In this document: positions 47,801 through 58,035 of the stretch, in pieces | Position numbering within the stretch: position 1 is the stretch's first letter | How the letters are laid out: every line of letters starts with the position of its first letter | Assembly: GCA_964187785.1 (NCBI GenBank) | Contig: OZ076409.1 | Coordinates: 94,242,001 to 94,306,000, forward strand | Source: Amphiscolops sp. MND2022 | Taxonomy: Eukaryota | Length of the DNA stretch: 64,000 nucleotides | Reading direction: 5' to 3' | Notes under the pieces: model-generated | Seen by the model: only the letters and a program-made list of their open reading frames with translations | The model's database searches: none | Told to the model about the DNA's origin: nothing | Made by a program: the position numbers and the translations under genes

Positions 47801-50577
47801 GCAATTTGGAATCCTTTAGGCGACTAGTAACATCTGAAAAGTCTGTATTGTCGATTTTTAGTCGCCGCTTCATGAAGTGAAACGTGTCTATTATAGTTAC
47901 TCTTTTTTTTTCAATCCACACGAACTGACCAAAATAGTTCTACAAAAGTTCTACGAAATTGTATGGTGTCAAATTGAAATATTTGGCCTAGCGAACAAAA
48001 TCAAAAAGGGTTTTCCTGTTTTCCTCGTAACATACAATACCGGGCGAGACTAAAGGGTCCATTATGTCCCCTTTCAGTTTTGGCATTGTGCGACTTTTTT
48101 TCGAAAGTGGGTTTTTTGTTAGGGTTTTACGAAAGTGTTTCGAAGCTCTTTCTGAGTTTGATACTTTGAGTTTTTTACACTTTCCTGTCCTTTTGCTATT
48201 TTTGAGCCTTAGATATAGTGCCTACTTATGGACTTGTGCCGTTCCCGGTTTGTTTCAGGTGCTACTGATTTTCTCGCGTGACACTTCTGTGCTGGAATTA
48301 CGCTCACAGACAATGGCCAACCCCCTGAAGGCGTACTTGAGAGGCAAAGTAGGCATGGAACAGTACTGTGTGGTGTACCCTCCCAGTGGAGTTATCCCGT
48401 TCCACGGCTTCTCCATGTACGTGGCACCTCTCTGTTTCATGTATGCAGACCCGGTGAAGCTCTATTTTGTCTTCCGAGAACTCTACTGTCGTCTCTTCTG
48501 TCATCTCCATTGTCTGACCTCAAGCGAGAAGGGAGTTCTAGCTGTCAGGTACCTATATTTCTTTTCCCTACTCTGTCCGAAGCTTACAGTGGATTTTTTT
48601 TGTACTGGGCGTTTCGCCCGACGCCAGTAAAATTGAAAAACTTGTCTCTTCCAGAAAGCGCCACTTGAGCGTTAGCGGGCCAGTCACAAGCGCAACAAGC
48701 GATAAGCGCGTTTTTTGGTAAAACCTAATTCACTTCTAAAAATAATTGTAAAAGCCTACTTCGTCATTCAAATGACAGCTGCAGGCTGATGCACTGCGCG
48801 ATCGTACTGTCACCCTTGCACCAAAGATTGAGGTGCACTGGACTGTAGAAATTTGGCTCAGCCAGGCAACTGGGCAGGACTGATTGTAGTTTTTATTTTA
48901 AATTGCGTTGAAAAACTAAAAATAGAACATTAATTGGTGAGAGTCTGCATTTTTTAAAATTTTGAATTTCGGGTCTCTTTCACTATCCCCCCTATAGCAA
49001 AAGGGGAGGACAAAGTGAAGTACTTTTAAATACCTATATGAAGTCCAATACTAATTCTAATAGCGCAGATCTCTTATATATCAACGCTTTCTGATTGCCT
49101 GAGTGGAGAATTTGATAAGAGCCAATAGAAAGTCGATATAAAGTCTAATACTAACAAGACGGGAAAAATTTCGAACAAAAGTCTCACAAAACCGAAAAAG
49201 GGGAAGTCGCATAGTGCCGAAAAAATTGGAAAGGGGGATCCTTCTGCTTTGCAATGGTTTTTGTATTTCATGTTAGAGGCTTTTGGATGCGTTCAAAATC
49301 AAACACTAAAGTACTTAGTGCATAATGCACAAAAAGTGGTACATACAGGGTGAGCTCTTTGGTCTGAAGAAAAAAACTAGCCACTGTAATAGTCGGGTAC
49401 TTTCCACAACATAAGCGCCGACTAAAAAGTGCCTATGAATATGATGAAATCAATTAACTGACAGAATAGCATGGGAGATTTGCGATTAGCATAGTGTAAC
49501 GAGTCGAAAGAGTCGAAAGGGGGGATATGGGAAGAGATGCTGTATTTTTTCGAAATTTCAGTGCCTTATTCGAGAACCTGCTACTGTCTCTCGCGCCCAA
49601 CCTGTTTTTCCACCTCAAGTCAGTGGGGGCGGCTCCCCTGAAGATAGCGTTCAAGTGGTTCATGCGTGCCTTTTCTGGCTACTTGGAAGCGGACCAGCTG
49701 CTCATCCTCTGGGACAGAATGGTAGCCTTTGACTCGACAGAAATACTCGCTATTCTCGGAGCAGGACTCTTTATTTACAGGTTAGAATACTGCAACCACT
49801 AAAAGACTTTATTCCCTTTGATTAAAGGCATCCTAAAAATGTATGACTGCAGTATTTAGAAACGATATATAATTAACCAAAAAGCGGGCCTAAGATCTGA
49901 AGAAGTCCTTACGCATTCAAAAGGTCCTCCCTTTTATTTTTTGTCACTTCTATTCGAGTTAAAAATTGGCTTTTCCCAGCGCTCTGCTACTTTTTTGATT
50001 TTTGTTCACAAAATAGTCCTGGTTTTGATTTTTTGATGTTTTCAGTTTTTAAATAAGTTCCGAGCCCAAAGGGACCCTCTTTTACTCTTGCGACTGAGAT
50101 TTTTAGATTTTTTAAAAACAGCGCATTTTGTCAGCCACCAACATATGCCACTTTTGGCTTGTTTCATCAACTTTTAAGATGGTTCTGTTTTAATTCCCAA
50201 AATTGGTTCTTCATTTTTCATCCCTCCTTGTTTTCTAACGATACCGTGGCACCATGCGAATCGAAACGTCTAGTTTGAATTATGTTGGAAAAAATTGCAT
50301 GTGCTTATATTACGCATGAATGGGGGTGCCTCGGTAATGTCCCAGAAGTTGATTATAAAAATCAAAAGAAGACATGAAAAACTCAATTAATCCGACCAAG
50401 TGAAAGTACAAGTCAATTGAGGTCTTGTAAAAAAAAATTATTTTGTTTAGGTCGGGTAATTTGATGAATGTCACCTCGCCTACAGCGGCCGAAGCGATCA
50501 TGGCTGATTTGTCAACCATTAAAGTCATTCCAGTTATGCAGCTAACTCTGGCTTCGAACATTACCAAGTGCAAATAG
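38860..50577 (+). CDS. TBC1D19: TBC1 domain family member 19 (Rab-GAP-like), about 543 aa
   Basis: Exons 38860-39187, 40232-40381, 45173-45300, 45692-45862, 47426-47644, 48259-48548, 49562-49780 and 50451-50577, all GT-AG and in phase. Motifs WEKRILKSLN.MCTELS, RPVYAPKDFLEV, YPPSGVIPFHGFSMYVAPLC and RAFSGYL..DQLL.LWDR. Confidence 0.95.
39315..39771 (+). mobile_element. Family-1 Helentron-like element
   Basis: Perfect 13-bp 5' stem AGTCGGCGCTTCA / TGAAGCGCCGACT (39320-39350), 3' subTIR and hairpin. Confidence 0.8.
40592..40851. mobile_element. Mutator/fold-back-type MITE built of inverted 15-bp repeats
   Basis: 9-bp TSD CATACAGAC (40583-40591, 40852-40860). AAATAGCCAATGCC-like units on the left arm are mirrored on the right arm. 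Confidence 0.8.
41198..43400 (+). mobile_element. Degraded hAT transposase gene (BED finger, DDE, dimerisation region)
   Basis: CAGGGG start; CIEC..LMSHIRKDH, FDGWS, GCASHRMNLAV and SPTSN in broken frames; interrupted at 41779-42326. The right end was not found. Confidence 0.7.
41779..42326 (-). mobile_element. Family-1 Helentron-like element inserted in the hAT ORF
   Basis: Both termini are present; removing it rejoins QPIS..TLQKF at an A-run (TT on the element strand). Confidence 0.8.
43715..44093. mobile_element. Mutator-type MITE
   Basis: TIR GG..TTCAATTCGTCGAACATTC / GAATGTTCGACGAATTGAA..CC and 9-bp TSD TAAAAATAA. Confidence 0.8.
46791..47276 (+). mobile_element. Family-1 Helentron-like element
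   Basis: Both conserved termini. Confidence 0.78.
47855..48255 (+). mobile_element. Family-1 Helentron-like element abutting a TBC1D19 splice acceptor
   Basis: Its 3' end GCCGTTCCCGGTTTGTTT is followed directly by CAG|exon 6. Confidence 0.75.
49154..49428 (-). mobile_element. Family-1 Helentron-like element nested in a MITE remnant
   Basis: AACAAGACGGGAA start and GCGCCGACTAAAA end. Confidence 0.65.
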
Positions 50578-51098
50578 AAGCCACGGTGGCATCAAGATTG
50601 CATAATCATCTTTTGTCTGGTGATTCCCAGCTGCAAGTGGTTGAATGAAAACCGGAATTCGAAGGACTTGAGAAGGCAATCCGAAGGCTCAACTTATGTT
50701 CATCCTTCAATCATATCAGAATGGGATCCTTTCCACACTTTCGCATCGTTTATTGTCTTCCATGTTTTCGAAATGTATTCTACCTCAATAGATAATTTCT
50801 ATCATTTCATGTAAATATCATACTTCTCTATCACATCACTTCAATATTTGTAAAATTTGAATGTAAAGTTGTACATATAAATTATTGTAGATATGCGTTG
50901 ACTATAGGTTAACATCATAATTGAAATGTTTATTTTTCCAAAAAATCAAGTTCATCAGCAGAAGGTTCTTTCATGAGACTCAAACGGAAAGATTCAATCC
51001 CTAATCAGGAGCATACTTTTGAAGCTCGCCAACAATAGTGAGACGTTTTGTAAAAAATGTATACCGGTTTATTGATTGAAATAAATATTGAAATGGTC

Positions 51099-53266
51099 TG
51101 TTACGCGAACTTGAGGTTAACCCCCTGGGCGCTCAAATAGGAGCCTTGTTTCTTGTTCGTCAAAGAAATAGAAGCCACTCCTCGAATAATAACAGCATGG
51201 GTTTCAATTTTTGGTTATTTATAGAGCGCGGATTTTGACTTTACTAGAACTTACAATACGATTCTTCTGAAAAGACTCAAAGTTTGTCACAAGATATGTC
51301 ACAGTCCGCGCCAGGACTGGTATGTCCAGGCAATCAAACAAATTGATATTTTTGGAGTTTAGTCATGATGTGGCTAGTCTGAAAATCAAAATCAGGTAAT
51401 AATTGTTCATGCCAGCTTTAGCTCCCCGTCACATTTCCCGTCGCTCCAAACAGAATTCAAGAATGCTCAACAAAAACTTCGAGATACTTCCGGTTTGCTG
51501 AGACGAAGTAAAATCTACTTACCAAATTTGAGGAAAAGAAGTGACGCTGGAATGAAACGATATGATCATGCGCGATGACAAATCAGCTTAACAATGAAAA
51601 GATTTTGAATCTTGATTTCCTGAAAAGGACTGTGCTTCGAAAAACAGGATTTGACTAATTGTTCGAAGAAAATTAGGGTACGCCGGTATGATCAAAGGAT
51701 GCTAAGAAGGTTTATATACCTAAGATTTTTGTTAGTTTTGAATCAACCTTCCGTTTTTTGTTTTGCTAAAATTAACTGTCCACCAAGCCTACAACTGAAA
51801 TCTTCTTGAATAGAACAATTGATACCAAATCGTTCTTTAAAATGTCTACGAGAAAAACGAAAAGAGAAAGAAGAATCATCAGGATATGACTAAAAATGTG
51901 TTATTTATAGTTTCCCCAATTTTGGTTGAAAACTTCTGTCTAAATGAGCAAGACGTCATGGTAGGAGGCCCTTCTAATGTCAAGTCGCCCAGAATTGAAA
52001 AAAGCGTCCTGGAGAGAATGAGAGCTTCTTTAAAAGAACAGGGTTGCCACGCGGACATTACCGACATAACGGACATTACAGGACATTACCTCGCAGTGAC
52101 CGACATTACCTGACATTGCGGACATTACGAGGACATTAGCTGGGATTTTTATCTCCAACCTGAGATGCAATTTGGTGCAATCAGAAGTCATATGACAAGA
52201 AGTACTGTTCATAAGGAGAGGATGAAGTTATTTCGTCAGGCATTGTCGGATGAAGCCGAAGCAGCCGGGCACCTTAACGATGAGGTTCTTGTTGTGGAAA
52301 ATACCAACAGTTTAACTACAACAAACATCCAATCTCCTGATAATAATGATAAACAGTGTGGATTTATCGACGATAATGTAAGGACAGCCGAACTGCTGTA
52401 TGCGCTGAACATGGTTTACAATTGTGCATCGTTTAACTCCCTTAACGAATGTGGCAGTCTGTTCAAGAAGATGTTTCCCGACAGCAAAATTGCAAGTTCC
52501 ATTACGCTAGCACGTACAAAAGCTACTTACATCGTCAAGTTTGGTGTTGCCCCATTCGTGAAAGAGAAACTTGTTGCGGATTTGAGCCTTGTGGAGATCG
52601 ACCGTATGACGTTATTAATGAAAAACAAAAAAGAACTGGAGGCTACAATTATTCACCTCAATCAAGAAGCCGGTGTTAAGTACAAGAAAGCTGAGAAGAA
52701 ACGCGACTTCAAGCTTCTGACGGAAGGAAATGTATTGCGAGAAGCTGCAAAGGCTAAGCAAGCAGAACTAACTGAGATAGAATCAGAAATTCGTGCGAAA
52801 AAGTCTAAATCCGCATAGTTTGATTGTGTTAACTACTCTGTTAAACGTTTTTGAGGTATAATCTCTGGTAATACAATTCTTAAGTTTCCTCATTTCTTGT
52901 TTTTTTTTCAATTTATTCTTTTTTGACACTGTTGAGCACGCGTTTGAAAAAAGCTGATTTTCTTGTTTTTTTTTAAATTAGGTCATTGCCTGGAAGCGCC
53001 AAATGACATTACCAGCGACATTGCGGACATTACCAGCAAAAATTCAGAATGCGTGGCAACCCTGAAGAAGAAATTACTTCGGAGATAAAAGGATTACCGA
53101 TAGAGTCGCAGAAGGAGCTGTTGAAAATGTTGAAACCTAAAACAAAAGAACCAAAACGAAGAAATAGAATTGGAACAGGAAAATGGGCCTAGAAATTTTT
53201 TCACGCCTACTAGGTCCGTTAAAATTAACAACCCTCAAAATATTGACACGAACGGAAGTTGTAACA
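51099..53266 (+). mobile_element. Probable solo LTR of a Gypsy-like element (contains a Gag-leader-like frame), interrupted by a hAT5 element
   Basis: TGTTAC...GTAACA termini. The broken frame MSTRKTKRE..ERMRASLKE|EITSEIK..ELLKMLKP..NIDTNGSCN ends at the CA. No TSD was found. Confidence 0.5.
52039..53064 (+). mobile_element. Internally deleted hAT5-like DNA transposon
   Basis: Perfect 14-bp TIR CAGGGTTGCCACGC / GCGTGGCAACCCTG, 5-bp TSD AAGAA and subterminal GACATTAC repeats. ORF 52165-52818 has transposase-like KMFPDSKIA..TKATY..G.APF. Confidence 0.8.
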
Positions 53267-53271
53267 AGATA

Positions 53272-54086
53272 CATTACAGTGCACAGGCAAGCTTAATTTG
53301 CTCAAAGCGCAACTTTGTGCTTTCAATACCTCGGATTCCACGACCATACTTTTAACCGTGCAAAATTGGCAAATTACGTCATAAGTCCCGGATTCCGCGG
53401 ATTTCGTCATGGATTCCAGTAACAAATGCTTAGCTGTACGCACTGTCGGCATGCAGCGGTGTCCCGGATTCCACAAAAACGTAAGTTTTGCAAAATGAAC
53501 CAATCAGATTGCAGAAATCATAAATTTCCTGGATTCCACGACTTTATGCTTAACGCGATACGCGGCATCTCTTCTTGAATTAATTTCAAGTGGAAGACTG
53601 AACAAACATAATATTATGCACTACTTTTCGTGTATTAACTCAAAATGATTAGACTACCACACCAGTATTACACAAATATTCGTATTTTTCAGTTTAGTAC
53701 CCGTTTGAACAAACAAATCATCACAATCTGCCATTTTTTGATGACATACTGCAATTTTGGTACCAGTCATGAGTCTCTCTATTCGTACTTTGGGATTTTT
53801 CGTGTCAATCAAAACAATTTCCATTGATATAAAATTAATTTAATTAAAAGTTCTTTCGCCTTGCCAATAATGATTACTCAAAATCAGCTGACCAATCAGA
53901 GAGCTGCGGCAAAAGCGTCATTATAGCAGCAGTATTGGCGTGGAATCCAGGACAAGCACTGTCGTGGAACCCAAGACATGCTCAACATCAAAGGGAAATT
54001 TTGTCCTAGATTCCACGACTTTTCTCAATTTTCGTGTCCCGGATTCCACGAAAAGCAGCAAAATAGCTTGCCTGTGCGCTGTAATG
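53272..54086. mobile_element. MITE with about 22-bp TIRs and TA flanks
   Basis: CATTACAGTGCACAGGCAAGCT / AGCTTGCCTGTGCGCTGTAATG, with internal GGATTCCAC repeats. Confidence 0.8.
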
Positions 54087-54366
54087 TATTCAATCGTTGG
54101 CCTATCGAATTGACTTTATTTCCCTTCACCATGGCTGGGTTCAATTATTCAGGAAAAGACATAGTTTGAACTCATCTAGAGTCAAAGATCGTGAAAACTG
54201 TCAGGATATCAATTACAACCTTGCTAGTTTTAAACTGCCCTATGATGATCAGAGTTAAAAATACATGTAATAAGATCATGTATCCATAATTGAGTTTTAA
54301 TTTTTATCTTGGAATTAAGTAAAACTTTTTTGGGTCGAAACCCCCATTTTTTTACAACTGCTACAG

Positions 54367-54965
54367 TATGGCGAAATTGTGGGCACTACAAGTGGCGCAA
54401 GCACCGAACATCACAGATGGGAAGTGGGTCAAGAGTGTGACAATGTTTACCAGGTAATTCACTCTAATGTGCAAGTTACTTTGATACTTGAGACAAAATT
54501 TAGCCACCGAATGTTGTCGGCTTTTAGCAAAATCTCTCAGCGATGAGCAAAGTTTCAAAAAAATCCAAAGTTAGCTGAAGTTTTCCAAAAATTTGTTTTT
54601 ATCAACGTTCGAAGGAATTGAATCTAATCAAACCAAAAAATGGTTCAAATGAAAGTACTCCCTGCCAAGAATACGCACCAATTTTTCGAAGCTCACATGA
54701 CAAGAAGCGTCTTTCAGCGAAAATTTGCTGAAAACTAGCTTTGAAACTATCGTTTTCATTTTTTAAGTTGGATTGGGGGTCGAATTGCGCATGCTCAGAA
54801 AATGGTGGAAATGGCGGGAATGGGGGTGGAAGCAATGGAGATGGAAGTAATGTTGGAGGAAATGGCGGAAATAGTACAAATGGAAAGGCAAATGAAGCAA
54901 TGATGGAAACAGCATCGATTCTTGTTCTGGGAGTTCTTCTTTTGTCAGCAATGCAACTTGTCTGA
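54367..54965 (+). CDS. Partial gene: last two exons of a putative GPI-anchored protein
   Basis: Exon 54367-54453 (CAG|..CAG|GTAAT) joins 54768-54965 in phase 0, giving ..QECDNVYQ|LDWGSNCACS, a Gly/Asn linker and a hydrophobic tail ILVLGVLLLSAMQLV*. Confidence 0.5.
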
Positions 54966-56090
54966 GAGATGGATGTTGATGTTTCAAAGATCTACAGTGA
55001 TTGCTGATGATTTTCCTTGATCACAAGGAAAACACAATGAACATGCAAAAATTGGCGTTTTTATTCGATTTTTTTTAACTTTTCTCATGCAAAGACGTAC
55101 GTTGAGAAGGCGAATGTTTGGAACTTTTTCCTTTCTCCCCCCCCACACTTCTCAAGATGATGTTTTTGCAATTAATTATATGTCAATTGCGTTTCCAATA
55201 AAACAGTTCAGTTTTAAATTAATTCTCAGTGATAGTTTAGGATTAGATAAAACTTTGTTCACATTTTTTCCCTATGTAGTTCCGCAATTTTGACGAAGAA
55301 ATCAACAGCTTCCTGTTTTGAGTCATCAATAAACGTTTAATACGAGCATAGTTATAGTCAAAATGTGTGAACAATGTTTTATTCAACCAGAAAAATACTC
55401 TAATAAAGTGGTGTTCCAGCCATACAGCTGTACTGGACCCGTAGTGCAACAGTGAAATATGAATGTAAGCAGCGACAAACTCAACATCCAGAAGTCGTGG
55501 CAAATAGACCAAGAAGGTCTAGCTAGCTCTTGAAAAACTTGTGCAAACATTTTTCAAAACTTTACTTGTTGGTTTACTGTAGTCATGTAAATATTTTTTA
55601 TGATGCTTTTTGTAAATGAAGTTGTTTGTGAACGATAGGAAAGTCATATTAAGTCAAAACTTAGACATTTGTACCCAACAAATCTTAGTGAATGACTAAT
55701 TGGCTTCTATTTAATATCATTTTTGAGATATGACATCATCAAATGATCACATGTGCTAATGACTATACGTCATTATGCGGTTTGAGATATGTTGATTACT
55801 CGCAAGTATGCGTTTTTCATAATTGAATTTTCAGGCATCCTACGGATTGAAGCATAAAGTATACTCGTCGTTATGCACTTTTTATTATGCGGCATAATGC
55901 GGTTCGAAAAGTAACGTAAACTCGTTACTATACGTTTTTCGCTCTAATTGTTCGTTCATTGTATCATTCTAATGTATTGAGAATTCCAACCACTAATACA
56001 ACTTCATACGTCATTTTGTGCTGTTTCCAGGCCTTCTAGGGTCCTGCTTATTCTTCTGAAAGTCATGTAACCGAGATATAAATAACATGA

Positions 56091-56914
56091 TGTCATAATG
56101 ATGAACTTCTATTTTTATGTTTTCTGATGATGATTGGGATAAAAAGGGATGTCATGCTTTTAGTTTTCTGGAGATTCTAGTGCTGGAAATCAATCATTCT
56201 TCGATTTCACTTTTTGTAAAACAGTTGTTTTAAACCCTCCACTCATTCTTTGTGAAACAATTCTTTCGATTATATTGATTCCTCTTTGGATTTGGAATAC
56301 CAAAAGACAATTGAAATTCTTCCCCAGCAACACAAAATACATTTTCACTTGAGCGGAATAGGAAACAAGAGAAATAGGAGGTCTAGAAGACTAGAAACTC
56401 CTTCTCCCAGTAGAGAGGAGAATGTAGAAACCCCAAACCCAGGTAATATGACTTTAACTAATTCTAATTTAGATGATCAAGTGAATTTAGGTTCCAACAT
56501 CTCGGAAAATCAACTGACTGAACGCAGTCTAATCAGTAATGAGATCCAAGTTTGGACAAGAAATGGAGAAAAGGAACAATGACAGAATAGGAAAACTGAG
56601 ACAAGAAATTGATAGCAAGTTCGAAGCAATCCTAAGAGAAATCAAAACCAGCAAAAATGCATCTACAATCACAAACCCAAGGTCAGAATCAAATGAAACA
56701 CAAAACACTCAACCGTCGGGATCCAGAGATAGGTCTATAGGAGTTCACGCATCAGTAAATGATAACTCAGACTCTGAAAATGAAGATAGTCACCCTATCA
56801 GAGCATCCAATATGCACGAACTAAGGAACCCTGCAAAACCATTTTGTCAAAATAGATTCGAATTAGATGAAAGAATAGTTTCAAATGAAGACTCTGAGGA
56901 GGATGATTATGACA
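56091..56914 (+). repeat. 5' LTR
   Basis: 9-bp terminal inverted repeat TGTCATAAT / ATTATGACA followed directly by TGG; the partner LTR is not in the window. Confidence 0.65.
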
Positions 56915-58035
56915 TGGTGACAGGAGTCAACCGACAACTCCATAGACAGAGTTCGCAAAACCCACAGTCTCTGAACGACACAACAGGATCCCACGCAGAC
57001 CAGAACGCAACAACTTCCACCACAGCACCACTTGACCCAGTCAACCAAATTGCTTTGGCCATCGAAAAACTAGCAAAACAAAACTCACAACCGACACTTT
57101 TTCACCCAAAAAACACACTTACATTCAATGGAAAAAACTAGAAAAATGAGAAATTTGAATATTTTGAAGATTTGTTTCACACAACACACAGAATGGAACC
57201 GAACCTTACAGAAGACATGAAGATTAATCATTTTCACGCCCACTTGAGAGGTTTGGCTCTGAAAACATTCAAAAACATACAACGAACAACGGCAACAACC
57301 CTAGAAGATATTCTTAAAGTTTTTCGACGAAAATATGTAAAACCGGAGTCCAGTGCATCTGCCAAACACAGATTCAACAGACTCTTTTTCGATCCAGAAA
57401 ACCAAAAACTCCCGGATTTCCTTGAAGAACTCGGAGAAAGTGCCGAAAAAGCGTTTGGGGTTAGTGCGCATCAAATGATAGAGAATTTACTTTATGCTAA
57501 GATGCCTCCCCACCTCAAAAAGTCCAATAATCAAGCATACCTTGAAAATGGCACCTATAACCAAATCGTCAAACATCTCGAACGAGAGATGAAAATAAAC
57601 GGATTGGAATCCGATGAATCCATGGTCAAAACACAAATGACCGCAACCAGAAAAGAACAAAAGACGGAAAAAACCAACAAAAAACAAACTGAAAAACCCA
57701 AAACACAAACGCCAAAATCAGTCCCAAACAAGACCCTTAAAGACGGCCAATGTCGTTATTGCAAAGAAGAGGGCCATATGATGAACGATTGCCCCAAACT
57801 AGCCAAGCGACGCAAACTTCAGGAAGATCCGGATGCGGACAAATGTGAAAATTGTAACACACCAGGACACACTGAAGAAAACTGCTACTTTGTCCAGAAT
57901 ATGAAAAATCGCCCACCTAAATGGAACCTCACAGAAGCCCAGAAAAAGATTATTGAAAACTACAAACAAGCCAAAAAACACATCAAACCCAAAATGGAAC
58001 GACTCCAACAATCCTCATCGAAGGATTTAAACTAG
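56286..58035 (+). pseudogene. gag: gag (frameshift near 56560, premature stop at 57139-57141)
   Basis: Capsid-like KINHFHAHLRG and two CCHC knuckles, CRYCKEEGHMMNDC and CENCNTPGHTEENC. Confidence 0.8.
56915..56927 (+). promoter_or_regulatory. Primer-binding site, probably tRNA-Leu type
   Basis: TGGTGACAGGAGT follows the LTR-terminal CA and is close to the tRNA-Leu PBS TGGTGTCAGGAGT. Confidence 0.55.

Noticed and set aside
51200..51400. Candidate upstream exon for the GPI-type exon pair
   Set aside because: Its donor is out of phase, the frames contain stops, and it lies within the probable solo LTR.
52054..52140. GACATTAC repeat array as iterons or CRISPR
   Set aside because: These are subterminal repeats of the hAT5-like element, also present near its other end.
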